A program made the position numbers and the translations under genes. This document shows positions 42,282 to 52,436 of a stretch of 64,000 bases of DNA, in pieces (the first letter of the stretch is position 1; every line of letters begins with the position of its first letter). This stretch comes from Candidatus Eiseniibacteriota bacterium (GTDB lineage Bacteria > Eisenbacteria > RBG-16-71-46), in assembly GCA_036507005.1 (NCBI GenBank), contig DASXQT010000075.1, positions 37,178 through 101,177 of the forward strand, in the 5' to 3' direction. Below the pieces are notes generated by a model. It saw only the letters and a program-made list of their open reading frames with translations. It did not search any database and had not been told where the DNA came from.

Positions 42282-44762
42282 ATGCACCGACGCCCCTCGC
42301 CCGCGCTGTCTGCCGCCATCGTCTCTCTGCTCTTGATCGCTGCGCTTCCGCGCGTGACCCGCGCCGCGTGGCCTCACGATCCCTTCGCCAACATCCAGCT
42401 CGGCCCGTCCGCCGCCGACCAGCTCGTCGGCTCGGTGATCTCCGACGGGGCGGGCGGTGCCATCGTCGCCTGGGCGGATTCCCGCTCCGGAGGGCTCGAC
42501 ATCTACGCCCAACACATCACCGCCCAGGGCACCGTGGCCGCAGGCTGGCCGGGGAGCGGGCTCGCGGTATGCAAGGCCACCGGCGACCAGTCGGATCCGG
42601 TCATGATCTCCGATGGCGCCGGCGGAGCCATCATCGCGTGGGCCGACGGCAGAGTCGGTGCTGGAAATCGCGACATCTTCGTCGAGCGCGTGGACGGCTC
42701 GGGAGCCGTCCCCGCGGGCTGGCCGGAGAACGGCCGGCAGCTCTCGGCCGTGAACCTCACGAAGGACGAGCAGAATCCGGTCATCGTCAGCGATGGGGCA
42801 GGCGGCGCGATCGTCGTGTGGGAGCTGATCTTTGCCATCGGCACCGATATCGACATCTGCGGCGGCCGGGTCGACGGGAGCGGGAACGTTCTGTGGTCTG
42901 GCCCGGAGTACGAACCGGGATCGATTCAGGAAGCCCCTGCCGTGGTGCCGGACGGAGCAGCGGGAGCCATGGTGGCCTTCGAGGACAACCAGTCCGGCAA
43001 CTTCGACATCCGGGAGCTTCGCTTCGGCCCGAGTGGGTTCCATATCTGGGGCGCGAACATCGTGTGCAACGACCCGAACCCGCAGACCGCTCCTGTCGCC
43101 GCCGGTGACGGTGCCGGAGGAGCCATCATCGCATGGCAGGATCTCCGAAACGGGGACAACGACATCTTCGCATCGCGGATGACCTCGACCGGAGCCCGGT
43201 CGCCGGGCTGGACCAGCAACGGGAATCCCGTGGCCGTCTTCGCCTCCGGCCAGAGCGGTCCCCTCGCCATCTCCGACGGGAGCCAGGGCGCGTTCATCGC
43301 CTGGGCCGACTCCCGAACCGGGAACGCCAAGGTCTTCGCCCAGCACCTGCTGCCCAGCGGGGCGGCGGATTCGGTCTGGCCGGCCAACGGTCTCGGGCTG
43401 TGCAGCGCCGTGGGAAACGAGTTCTTGGGCGCGATCGCGCCGGACGGCTCCGGAGGCGCGATCGTGTGTTGGAGCGACGACAGGACCGGCCAGCTCGACG
43501 CCTACGCCACCCGCGTCACGGCCGGAGGCGTTCTCCCCACGCCCTGGCCGGCCGTGGGTGATCCGATCTCCCTGGCTCCCGGGAACGTGCAGCCTTCCCT
43601 TCTCGCCGCGGACGGGAACGGCGGCGCCGTGGTGGCCTGGTCGGATCTGCGCGACGGCTCCTTCCAGGCGGCCTTCGCCCAGAACGTGGATCATTTCGCC
43701 CAGCTCGGCGACGCCACGCCTTCGATCGCCAGCATCCGCGACGTCACCGGCGATCAGGGCGGCAGGGTGCGGATGGTGTGGAACGCCAGCTATCTCGACG
43801 TCGACCCTCAGTACGCCATCGGGGAATACTGGATCTGGCGCCAGTCGCCGGCCTCGCTGGCGGAGGCCGCCGTGAAGGGCGGCGCGCGCTGGCTCGATGC
43901 GGGCCTCGAGGCCGAGGCGCGCAGGATGAGCGCCGGCGAGTGGAACGCGCTCGCGCGTCGAGGGCTCTTCATGCGGGCGGATGTGTACGCTGCGAGCTAC
44001 GCCTGGGAGTTCGTAGCCTCTCAGCCTGCCAGCGGCTTCGGGCAGTACAGCTACGTCGCCGGGACGACGCGCGACTCGCTGGGATCGGGAAATCCACAGA
44101 CCGTCTTCATGGTGCAGGCGCGGTACACGTCGGGCGTCGCGTTCTGGAACTCGTCGCCCGACTCGGGCTACTCGGTCGACAATCTCGCACCCGTGTCGCC
44201 CTCGCCCTTCACCGCTCTCTACCAGGCGGGAGCCACCCGGCTCCACTGGGGCGCCAACGGCGAGGCGGATCTCGGCGGCTACCGGCTCTACCGCGGCAGC
44301 TCCGCCGGCTTCGTTCCCGGCCCGGACAATCTGGTGGTCGCTCAGCCCGATACCGGCTATGACGATGTCGGCCCCGCGGGCAGCTACTACAAGCTCTCGG
44401 CCGTGGACGTGCACGGCAACGAGAGCCTCTTCGCGCTGGTGACCCCGTCAGGCACCGTGGATGTGGGATTCGCTGCGCTTCCGCGCGAGCTCGCGCTCGG
44501 CTCCGCCGCGCCGAACCCGGCGCGCGTGGGGACCGCGCTGATGTACGCCCTTCCCGCCCGCGCACGGGTCTCGCTCACGGTCTGCGACGCGGCCGGCCGG
44601 CGGGTGCGGACGCTCGTGGACGCCGACCTCGAGGCCGGCGAGCGCGTCCAGCGCTGGGATGGAAGCGACGACGCCGGTCGCGCAATGCCGAACGGGCTCT
44701 ACTTCGTGCGCCTGAGCGCCCTGGGACGGACGCTGGTGCGGCGGGTCGTCATCGCGCGTTGA
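42282..44762 (+). CDS. secreted repeat protein (at least 9 tandem ~55-aa DGAGGAI-AW-D-R-G repeats, beta-propeller-like) with T9SS/FlgD-Ig-like C-terminal domain
   Basis: RBS GGGGAGG plus ATG 42282. Signal peptide. Repeats such as ISDGAGGAIVAWADSRSGGLDIYAQHI and ISDGAGGAIIAWADGRVGAGNRDIFVERV. C-terminus LALGSAAPNPARVGTALMYAL...VSLTVCDAAGRRVRTLV...GLYFVRL. Confidence 0.75.
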   Translation: MHRRPSPALSAAIVSLLLIAALPRVTRAAWPHDPFANIQLGPSAADQLVGSVISDGAGGAIVAWADSRSGGLDIYAQHITAQGTVAAGWPGSGLAVCKATGDQSDPVMISDGAGGAIIAWADGRVGAGNRDIFVERVDGSGAVPAGWPENGRQLSAVNLTKDEQNPVIVSDGAGGAIVVWELIFAIGTDIDICGGRVDGSGNVLWSGPEYEPGSIQEAPAVVPDGAAGAMVAFEDNQSGNFDIRELRFGPSGFHIWGANIVCNDPNPQTAPVAAGDGAGGAIIAWQDLRNGDNDIFASRMTSTGARSPGWTSNGNPVAVFASGQSGPLAISDGSQGAFIAWADSRTGNAKVFAQHLLPSGAADSVWPANGLGLCSAVGNEFLGAIAPDGSGGAIVCWSDDRTGQLDAYATRVTAGGVLPTPWPAVGDPISLAPGNVQPSLLAADGNGGAVVAWSDLRDGSFQAAFAQNVDHFAQLGDATPSIASIRDVTGDQGGRVRMVWNASYLDVDPQYAIGEYWIWRQSPASLAEAAVKGGARWLDAGLEAEARRMSAGEWNALARRGLFMRADVYAASYAWEFVASQPASGFGQYSYVAGTTRDSLGSGNPQTVFMVQARYTSGVAFWNSSPDSGYSVDNLAPVSPSPFTALYQAGATRLHWGANGEADLGGYRLYRGSSAGFVPGPDNLVVAQPDTGYDDVGPAGSYYKLSAVDVHGNESLFALVTPSGTVDVGFAALPRELALGSAAPNPARVGTALMYALPARARVSLTVCDAAGRRVRTLVDADLEAGERVQRWDGSDDAGRAMPNGLYFVRLSALGRTLVRRVVIAR

Positions 44763-44796
44763 CGAGTCCACGCCGCGCGCGCGGCTCGTTCAGGGT

Positions 44797-47022
44797 CTAG
44801 CCGAGCACGACCAGCTTGCGCACGATGCTCTGGCCCGCCACGCGCAAGCGGTAGATATACAGTCCGCTGCGCCGCCCGACCGCCGACCACCTCACCGTGT
44901 GGCGGCCCGCCGCGCGCGTTTCGTCGACCAGGGTCGCGACCGTACGGCCGCCGACATCGAACACGTCCAGCTGCACGGGGCCTGCGCTCGGCAGTGTGAA
45001 CTCGATGGTGGTGCCCTCGTGCAGGGGATTGGGTCCTGCCTTCGCCGTCAGCAGCAGGCCTGGAGCTGGATCAACCCCCACGTTGCTGTCGATGTGTCCG
45101 TGCAGCACCACGCTCTGCGCCACCATCTCGGAGCTGCTCTGCTGCACCACGTACAGGCGCGAGTCCACCGCCCCTCCCTCCACCGGGCTGTAGGTCACCT
45201 GCACCAGCGTCGTCTCGTCCGGCGCCAGCGTCACCGGCAGCGGGCCGCTCACCAATGTCGCACTGAAGGTGCTGTCGGTGGTACGCAGGCAATCGATACT
45301 GATCGTCTGATTCCAGTGGTTCCACACCTTCAGCAACATGACACCGCTGCTGCCCACCGCGGGCGCACCGATGTCCATGCTCTGCCGGTCGGTCAGAATG
45401 CGGTTCGTGCGCCACGGGAAGCGGAACGCGCGGTAGTTCACCAGCCCGGACGGGAATTGCAACTCCGCCGCGATCGTGCCGTCGGCGAGAAGGTCGGTCA
45501 TCTGCGGATTGCTGAACGTGCCGCCCCAGCCGATCGTCACGCCGCCGTCGGGGTGCACCTGAACGTTCCCCATGAAGCCGCCGTACACATCGGGCACGTG
45601 CCGATACTCCCACACCTTGGTCGCCACGAAGTTCTGCTCGTCGACCACGAACTCCAAGGCACGGCTGTACCGGGGCGAGAGGTTGTTGCCGTTGTCGAAC
45701 AACGTCAGGTGACCGTTGGGCTGGACGCGCGCATCGTGCTGATGCGACCAGCCGCGCGTCTCGTTGGGAAACTTGAACATGTTGTTCAACGCGTTGAGCC
45801 CCATGCGCCACAGGACCGCGCCACTCTGCCGGTCGATCTTGGTGAGCTCGTTCAGGTGCCGGCTCGAGATGAGCAGATTGCCGTCCGGCATCATCTCCAC
45901 CGAGTTGCCGTGCACGTAGTCGATCCCGCTGGCCAGCAGGTTAATGTCCGGCGACGACCTGGCGTCGGTGATCTTGAAGTGGTCCCAGCTGCGCCACTGG
46001 AAGACCACGTCCTTGTTCTCGTCCAGCTCCTGCACGATCAGCCCGATCACGATGCAGTTGGGGTTGCCACCCGACACCACGGTGTCCATGCCCACGGGCT
46101 CAGGGTCGTACGACATGATGAGCGCGTGGCCGTTGGGCAAGATTTGGAGGTCGTGCAGGTCTGGCGAATAGCCGTTGCCGGTGGTGAAGCTGTCGACGCG
46201 GGCATACGCGCTATCCAGCACGAGGAACTTGAAGGCGCCGTTCATCCAGAACGAGAGCCGGCCGTCGGGCTGCACCTTGAAATCGAAAGGTATCGAATTG
46301 GCGTCGTAGCTCGCCTCATAGAGCGGTTGCCCGCGGTCATCCATGATCTCGAAATCCGCGCGATTCGAGGGTCCGAGCACCCACGGTGCGATGAAGAAGA
46401 CGCCGGGCTGGGAATTGCTGACGTTCACCAGATGGAGCGCCGGGAATCCCGGCAGGAGCGTGTCGCATGGCTCCCCGCTGTCCTGAATGGCGACCCCCGG
46501 CCGCAGCCACGACGGGTTGTCCGCGGGCGGGTCCGGCATCCGCTCGGACGCAGGCCGCGGCATGAGCCTGGGGTCGACGGTCGAGACCCGGAACTCGTAG
46601 GCGAGCTCCGGCAGCGTCGTGCCCGCAAGCGTGCGCGTTCCGGCGGCCAGGCGCACGCGCACCCTCTCACCCAGGGCGTAGGGCTGGTCGGGTGTGAACA
46701 GGATCGTCTGGCCGTCGCTCGCGAGCCTGAGCCGGCCGGCGTGCGGGCCGCTCTCGCCGCCCACGACCGACAGCCGGCGAGCGTCCAGGCTGGCGGGATC
46801 CAGGGCGCTGGCCTGCCTTATCACCAGATTGTTCCAGCGCGACACCTTGTCGGCGCCGGGAACGGGCGAGAGATACAGAAAAGCACGAGGCGCGGCCGCC
46901 GCGGGCGGCCCGAAGCTGGCGATGAGCGCGAGGATTGCGAAACTGATCGACGGAGGGCTGGAGCGCACGACGGCCCCCTTTCTCGGTCCGACGTCCTGCG
47001 GAGCCGTTCTCGTTGGGGACAT
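44797..47022 (-). CDS. arylsulfotransferase (ASST) family protein with T9SS C-terminal sorting domain
   Basis: Signal peptide after ATG 47022 (the ORF could extend to 47067). ASST-like beta-propeller region. C-terminus NPLHEGTTIEFTLPSAGPVQLDVFDVGGRTVATLV...GLYIYRL. Confidence 0.7.
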   Translation of the reverse strand: MSPTRTAPQDVGPRKGAVVRSSPPSISFAILALIASFGPPAAAAPRAFLYLSPVPGADKVSRWNNLVIRQASALDPASLDARRLSVVGGESGPHAGRLRLASDGQTILFTPDQPYALGERVRVRLAAGTRTLAGTTLPELAYEFRVSTVDPRLMPRPASERMPDPPADNPSWLRPGVAIQDSGEPCDTLLPGFPALHLVNVSNSQPGVFFIAPWVLGPSNRADFEIMDDRGQPLYEASYDANSIPFDFKVQPDGRLSFWMNGAFKFLVLDSAYARVDSFTTGNGYSPDLHDLQILPNGHALIMSYDPEPVGMDTVVSGGNPNCIVIGLIVQELDENKDVVFQWRSWDHFKITDARSSPDINLLASGIDYVHGNSVEMMPDGNLLISSRHLNELTKIDRQSGAVLWRMGLNALNNMFKFPNETRGWSHQHDARVQPNGHLTLFDNGNNLSPRYSRALEFVVDEQNFVATKVWEYRHVPDVYGGFMGNVQVHPDGGVTIGWGGTFSNPQMTDLLADGTIAAELQFPSGLVNYRAFRFPWRTNRILTDRQSMDIGAPAVGSSGVMLLKVWNHWNQTISIDCLRTTDSTFSATLVSGPLPVTLAPDETTLVQVTYSPVEGGAVDSRLYVVQQSSSEMVAQSVVLHGHIDSNVGVDPAPGLLLTAKAGPNPLHEGTTIEFTLPSAGPVQLDVFDVGGRTVATLVDETRAAGRHTVRWSAVGRRSGLYIYRLRVAGQSIVRKLVVLG

Positions 47023-47161
47023 GGCGATCTCCGGACACCGGCATCCGTACCGGGCCGTGTATCCCATTAATAGAGTATATCGGCGCGAACGGGAACCGTC
47101 GAGATGCGTTTATTAGGGCTGTCCGCCCTCGGGTTGCATTTTCCGCGGCGCGATTCGGAGT

Positions 47162-47189
47162 GTTGACCCTACTCGGCCGAGGCTTTAAC
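47162..47189 (+). promoter_or_regulatory. promoter-like GTTGACC-N15-TTTAAC upstream of the gmd-like gene
   Basis: Lies in the AT-richer divergent region 47023-47235. The same architecture recurs at 50940-50967. Confidence 0.35.
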
Positions 47190-47235
47190 GTCGCGAACCT
47201 TGTCCACCCACTCGCGCTCTCCCCTGGGGCCTCCC

Positions 47236-48189
47236 ATGCGACGCGTTCTCGTCACGGGCGTCACCGGTTTCGCCGGCAGCCACCTCGTGGACTACATGCT
47301 CACCCGGAACGACTGTCAGATCTTCGGCATCCAGCGCTGGAGATCGCGCACGGAGAACGTTGAGCACTTCCTGGATCGGATCACGATGCTCGAGTGCGAC
47401 TTGCGCGACGCCTCCTCCACGCGCGACACGCTCGAGAAGGTGAAGCCGGACTGGATCTTCCACCTCGCCGCCCAGTCGTTCGTGCCCACCTCGTGGATCG
47501 CGCCCACCGAGTCGCTCACCACCAACGTGCTGTGCCAGGTGAACCTCTTCGAGGCGGTGCGGCGCCTCGGGCTAAAATGCCGGATCCAGCTCGCCTGCTC
47601 GAGCGAGGAGTACGGCCTGGTGCTTCCGGACGAGCTGCCGATCCGGGAGACCAACCCGCTCCGGCCGCTCTCGCCCTACGCGGTGAGCAAGGTCGCGCAG
47701 GACCTCCTCGGCTACCAGTACTGGATGTCGTGGAAGGTGGACAGCGTGCGCACCCGCGGATTCAACCACGAAGGTCCACGCCGCGGGCCGGTGTTCGTGG
47801 CCTCGGACTTCGCCAAGCAGATCGCCGACGCCGAGAAGGGCCGGCGGCCGCCGGTGCTCTCGGTCGGGAACCTGGAGGCGAAGCGCGACTTCACCGACGT
47901 GCGCGACATGGTGCGCGGCTACTGGCTCGCGCTCGAGAAGTGCGAGCCCGGCGAGGTCTACAACCTGTGCCGCGGCCGGTCGTGGAGCATCCAGGAGGTG
48001 CTCGACATGCTGCTCGGCATGACGAAGCTGAAGCTCGAGGTACGCAAGGACCCCGCGCGGCTCAGGCCCAGCGACGTCCCGGTGCTGCTGGGCGATCCTT
48101 CCAAGTTCGCCAAGGCCTCGGGCTGGGAGCCCACCATCCCGTTCGAGCAGACGCTGCGCGACATGCTGGACTACTGGCGCGCGCGCTGA
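47236..48189 (+). CDS. gmd: GDP-mannose 4,6-dehydratase-like NAD-dependent dehydratase
   Basis: TGVTGFAGSHL Rossmann motif, SSEEYGLV, SPYAVSK, FNHEGPRRG (Gmd-type), LLGDPSKFAKASGWEP. Confidence 0.75.
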   Translation: MRRVLVTGVTGFAGSHLVDYMLTRNDCQIFGIQRWRSRTENVEHFLDRITMLECDLRDASSTRDTLEKVKPDWIFHLAAQSFVPTSWIAPTESLTTNVLCQVNLFEAVRRLGLKCRIQLACSSEEYGLVLPDELPIRETNPLRPLSPYAVSKVAQDLLGYQYWMSWKVDSVRTRGFNHEGPRRGPVFVASDFAKQIADAEKGRRPPVLSVGNLEAKRDFTDVRDMVRGYWLALEKCEPGEVYNLCRGRSWSIQEVLDMLLGMTKLKLEVRKDPARLRPSDVPVLLGDPSKFAKASGWEPTIPFEQTLRDMLDYWRAR

Positions 48190-48192
48190 CCC

Positions 48193-49758
48193 GTGACGGA
48201 GCCCGCCCGACGAACCAGCAGCTCCGGGCTCGGCCGTCGACTGGTCACGAACACGTTGCACGCGGCGACCGGCCGCTTCGTGGCGCTTCTGGTCTGGCTC
48301 GTTTTCACGCCGGCCATCCTTCGTTCTCTCGGACCTCAAGCGTTTGGGGTATGGGCCCTCTTCTACGTTCTCACGGGCTATTTCGCCGCTCTCGATTTTG
48401 GCCTCGTGCAGAGCACCTTGAGGTACGTCGCCGCAGCTCGCGAAAAAGGCGCCGACGCCGAGGCGGGGGCCTACGCCACGCTCGGCGTTCTGGGCTACCT
48501 CCTGCTCGCGATCCTGTGGTTCCTGGTGGCCCTCGGCGCCGGAAACGCCGCGATCGCCTGGCTTCGCATTCCGGCGACCGAGGTGCAGGCGGCCCATGTG
48601 GCGGTGTTCGCCGGGGCAGGAGTGTTCGTGCTGGCAGGCGTGGCGAACGTGACGATTGCCGTTCTCCAGGGATATGGACGCTTCGACCTCGCGAACCTGA
48701 TGGTGCTGGCGATGGCGTCTGTGCAAACCGTGGGGTTCCTCCTGGCGCTCCGCCTTCACTCCGGCTTCAATGGTTTCGTGGTGGCCGTCGTCGTCGCGTG
48801 GTCGCTCACCGGACTCCTGGGTCTGGGAATCGTTCCCCTGGCGGCGCCGCGCTTCCGGTGGGCCACACCGATGGCCATTCGAGCGCACGTCCGGGAGATG
48901 TGGCGTTTCGGAGGGCCGGTTCAAATCACGAACTTGCTGGGCGTACTCCACTCACACGCGGACAAGATCCTGCTGTCCCGGTTCGTCGCGCTCGCCTCCA
49001 TCGTTCCCTATGAACTCGGCTCGCGAGTGTCGCTCACGGTCTGCGCGCTGCCGCAACTGATGCTGATGGCCGTGCTACCGGAGGCCTCCGCGATTTTCGT
49101 CGCAGGTGACCGCGACCGCCTCCGCCTGCTCTATGAGCGTGGAAGTCGCCATGTGATGACGGCCGTGGCGGTGACGCTGGCTCCAGTGCTCGGCGCGGCA
49201 GACAGAATCTTCGCCGTGTGGCTGGGCCCGGGGCATGGCGACGCGGCGCTGGTGACGAGAGTCGTGACATCCACGATCTGGTTCACGATGACGACGGGGA
49301 TGGGGACGACGTTGGGACGAGCCATCGCGCGCACCGAACTGGAGACCTGGTATGCCACCGTGACCGTGGCGGTCCACCTGACTCTGAGCTGGCTGCTGCT
49401 GCCGCGACTGGGGCTTCCGGGTGCACTCATCGGGTACGCGGCAGGCGGGGTGTGCGGCGTGGCGCTGTTCTTCATCGTGTTCGCACGGGCACTGGGGTGG
49501 TCGCTGGGCTTCGTGCTCGCGTCGTGCGGCCGACCCCTGGTGGCAACGCTGGGGGGGAGCACCGCCGGCTGGCTCGTGGATCGCCTGCTGCCGGTCTCGG
49601 CGGGGGGGGCACTGGGGTGGCTGCTTCTTTGTCTGTCCGCGGTAGCGGCCTCGGCCACGGCGTTCGCTCTGGTGTTGGCCACCCAATACCTGAGGTGGTC
49701 GGACGTGCGAACGGGGTTCGCGGCCGTCGTGCGGACACTCCGCGTGCAGGCGGGGTAA
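48193..49758 (+). CDS. wzx: MOP-superfamily polysaccharide flippase (Wzx-like)
   Basis: 521 aa with roughly 14 TM helices; polysacc_synt-type topology. Confidence 0.75.
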   Translation: MTEPARRTSSSGLGRRLVTNTLHAATGRFVALLVWLVFTPAILRSLGPQAFGVWALFYVLTGYFAALDFGLVQSTLRYVAAAREKGADAEAGAYATLGVLGYLLLAILWFLVALGAGNAAIAWLRIPATEVQAAHVAVFAGAGVFVLAGVANVTIAVLQGYGRFDLANLMVLAMASVQTVGFLLALRLHSGFNGFVVAVVVAWSLTGLLGLGIVPLAAPRFRWATPMAIRAHVREMWRFGGPVQITNLLGVLHSHADKILLSRFVALASIVPYELGSRVSLTVCALPQLMLMAVLPEASAIFVAGDRDRLRLLYERGSRHVMTAVAVTLAPVLGAADRIFAVWLGPGHGDAALVTRVVTSTIWFTMTTGMGTTLGRAIARTELETWYATVTVAVHLTLSWLLLPRLGLPGALIGYAAGGVCGVALFFIVFARALGWSLGFVLASCGRPLVATLGGSTAGWLVDRLLPVSAGGALGWLLLCLSAVAASATAFALVLATQYLRWSDVRTGFAAVVRTLRVQAG

Positions 49759-49882
49759 TGCGCCCCGGCGATCGAATGCCGGTATCGGGTCCGGGTGACA
49801 GGAGAACATTGGTAACGTGCCGGGACCGAGGAGGAGGTAGGGGGGGTGGGGGACGATCGTTCGAAGCTCTGAGGAGCCGGGG

Positions 49883-50833
49883 ATGATCAGACAGAGGATC
49901 CTCGTCACCGGAGCCAACGGCTTCGTGGGTCCGCACCTCACGCGCGCGCTCGCCGCGCGCGGCGCGCGGGTGCACGGCGCGGCACTGGGGGCGGCGCCGC
50001 CGGGTCTCGCGCTCGACGGCTGGCACGCGGCGGACGTGCGCGCGCCCGAGTCGCTCGCGGCCGCGATCGCGGCCGCGCGGCCCGACGCCATCGTTCACCT
50101 CGCGGGCCAGAGCAGCGCCGCCCTCTCCTTCGAGGACCCGGTCGCCACCTTCCAGGTCAACGCGCTCGGCACCTGGCACCTACTCGAGGCGGTGCGGCGC
50201 GCCGCCCCCCGCGCGCGCGTCCTCGTCGTCGGCACGAGCGAGGCCTACGGCCCGCGGCCGGAGGGAACGCGGGTCGCAGAGGACGCGCCGTTCATGCCGG
50301 TGAGCCCGTACGCGCTCTCCAAGGCCGCGGCCGACGCCCTGGCCGAGGTCGCGCACCGCACGTGGGGGACCGACGTGGTGCGCACTCGCTCGTTCGCACA
50401 CGCCGGGCCGGGGCAGACCACGCGCTTCGCGATCCCGTCGTTCGCGGAGCAGATCGCGTCGATCGAGGCCGGGAAGGCGGACCCGGTGCTGCGGGTGGGC
50501 AACCTGGAGGTGACCCGCGACCTCACCGACGTGCGGGACGTGGCCGAGGCCTACGCGACGCTGATCGAGCGCGGGCGATCGGGCGCGGCCTACAACGTGT
50601 GCCGCGGGGAGGGCGTGCGGCTCCGCGACGTCGCCCAGGCGCTGGCATCGCGGTCGAAGGTCCCGGTGCGGATCGAGGTGGACCCGGCGCGCTTCCGCCC
50701 CGCCGACGTCCCATATCTTGTGGGGGACCCTTCCGCCATCGCGCGCGACTGCGGATGGCGCGCGACCACCCCGCTCGAGCGCACGCTGGACGAGCTGCTC
50801 GACGAGTGGCGCGCGCGGGCGCGGCCCGCGTGA
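49883..50833 (+). CDS. rmd: GDP-6-deoxy-D-mannose reductase-like NAD-dependent epimerase/reductase
   Basis: VTGANGFVGPHL, SPYALSK, FAHAGPGQ, YNVCRGEGVRLRDV. The pattern matches Rmd across its length. Confidence 0.75.
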   Translation: MIRQRILVTGANGFVGPHLTRALAARGARVHGAALGAAPPGLALDGWHAADVRAPESLAAAIAAARPDAIVHLAGQSSAALSFEDPVATFQVNALGTWHLLEAVRRAAPRARVLVVGTSEAYGPRPEGTRVAEDAPFMPVSPYALSKAAADALAEVAHRTWGTDVVRTRSFAHAGPGQTTRFAIPSFAEQIASIEAGKADPVLRVGNLEVTRDLTDVRDVAEAYATLIERGRSGAAYNVCRGEGVRLRDVAQALASRSKVPVRIEVDPARFRPADVPYLVGDPSAIARDCGWRATTPLERTLDELLDEWRARARPA

Positions 50834-50939
50834 AGCGCGGGACGCGCGACGGCACCGGACCGACGCGCCGCGTCGCCCGCGCCGCGCATCGGGGCTTCAC
50901 CGGAGGCGCGCTTGCGCGTTTCGCCTGCGCTCGGTTGCG

Positions 50940-50967
50940 GTTGACCGCTCCGTGACGAGCCTCTAAC
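50940..50967 (+). promoter_or_regulatory. promoter-like GTTGACC-N15-TCTAAC upstream of ugd
   Basis: Read in the sequence, 90 nt upstream of TTG 51057. Confidence 0.35.
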
Positions 50968-51056
50968 CTGACTCGCCCGTCTGCTCCACCTCCCTGCGGG
51001 ACCGCGTGCGCTTCGCGGGACACGCCGCACGACCTCGGCGCGAAAGGACCTTCTCG

Positions 51057-52436
51057 TTGGACAAGATCACCGTGGTGGGCACCGGCTACGTGGGGCTCGT
51101 GACCGGCGCCTGCCTCGCCGATTTCGGCAGTCGCGTGGTGTGCGCGGACAGCGACGCCGCGAAGATCGAGCGCGCGAAAGCCCTCGAGCTGCCCTTCTTC
51201 GAGCCCGGCCTGCCGGAGCTCGTGCGCCGCAACCTGAGCGAAGGCCGGCTCGCCTTCTCGAGCGACGTCGAGGGGGCGATCCGGGGCGCGGCGGTGGTGT
51301 TCATCACGGTCGGCACCCCGCGTCACACCGACGGGAGCGCCGACACCAGCGCCATCTTCGAGGTCGCGAGGATCGTGGCGCGGAACCTCGGCGCCCGCAA
51401 GCTCGTGGTCCAGAAGAGCACCGCGCCGGTGGGCACAGCGCGCAAGCTGATGGAGTTCCTGGGCAAGCACGCGCCGCGCGGCGCCGACTTCGAGGTCGCC
51501 TCGAACCCCGAGTTCCTGCGCGAGGGCGCGGCGATCGAGACCTTCATGCGCCCCGACCGCGTGGTCATCGGGGCCGAGACCCGGCGCGGCGCCCGCATGC
51601 TCAAGAAGCTCTACGATCCGCTGTTCCTGATCGAGACCCCGCTGGTCGTGACCTCGCTCGAGACCGCGGAGCTGATCAAGTACGCGGCCAACTGCTTCCT
51701 CGCGACCAAGATCTCCTTCATCAACGAGATCGCCAACCTGTGCGAGGCCCAGGGCGCCGACGTCCAGGTGGTGGCGAAGGGCCTGGGGATGGACCGGCGC
51801 ATCGGCAACAAGTTCCTGCACGCCGGCCCCGGCTTCGGCGGATCGTGCTTCCCCAAGGACACGCACGCGCTGGTGGCGATGGCGCGCGGGCTGGGCGTGA
51901 AGGCGGGGATCGTGGAGGCGACGATTGCCGCGAACGAGCGGCAGATGGACCTGATGGTGGAGAAGATCCGCGCCGCGGTCGGGGGCCGGCGCGGCGCGCG
52001 CGCCGCCGTCCTCGGCCTCTCCTTCAAGCCCAACACCGACGACCTTAGGGAGGCTCCGGCGCTCCACATCGTCGCCGGGCTCAAGCGCCGCGGCTTCGCG
52101 GTCTCGGCCTTCGATCCGGTGGCCGCGGAGCCCGCGAGCCGCCTGCCGGTGATGAGCGGGGTGAGAATCGCCGCCGACGCCTACGACGCCGCGCGCGGGG
52201 CGGACGCGGTCGCGATCGTGACCGAGTGGAACGAGTTCCGGAACCTGAACCTGGGCGAGCTCAAGCGCATCATGCGCAAGCCGGTGCTGTGCGATCTCCG
52301 GAACATCTACGACCGCGAGGAGGTCGAGGCCGCCGGTTTCACCCACGTGGGCGTCGGGCGCGGCCGCATCGCGAAGGCGCGCGCGGCCCGTCCCCGGATG
52401 CGGGTCGCCGCCGCGCGGCGCAGGAGGCCAGCGTGA
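51057..52436 (+). CDS. ugd: UDP-glucose 6-dehydrogenase
   Basis: TTG start in frame. ITVVGTGYVGLVTGACLA NAD-binding motif and catalytic GFGGSCFPKD. Confidence 0.85.
   Translation: MDKITVVGTGYVGLVTGACLADFGSRVVCADSDAAKIERAKALELPFFEPGLPELVRRNLSEGRLAFSSDVEGAIRGAAVVFITVGTPRHTDGSADTSAIFEVARIVARNLGARKLVVQKSTAPVGTARKLMEFLGKHAPRGADFEVASNPEFLREGAAIETFMRPDRVVIGAETRRGARMLKKLYDPLFLIETPLVVTSLETAELIKYAANCFLATKISFINEIANLCEAQGADVQVVAKGLGMDRRIGNKFLHAGPGFGGSCFPKDTHALVAMARGLGVKAGIVEATIAANERQMDLMVEKIRAAVGGRRGARAAVLGLSFKPNTDDLREAPALHIVAGLKRRGFAVSAFDPVAAEPASRLPVMSGVRIAADAYDAARGADAVAIVTEWNEFRNLNLGELKRIMRKPVLCDLRNIYDREEVEAAGFTHVGVGRGRIAKARAARPRMRVAAARRRRPA

Noticed and set aside
50523-52346. 607-aa antisense ORF opposite ugd, and 56460..58085 (-) opposite the second wzx
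   Set aside because: Arg/Gly-rich artefacts. The sense-strand UDP-glucose dehydrogenase and flippase signatures are clear.
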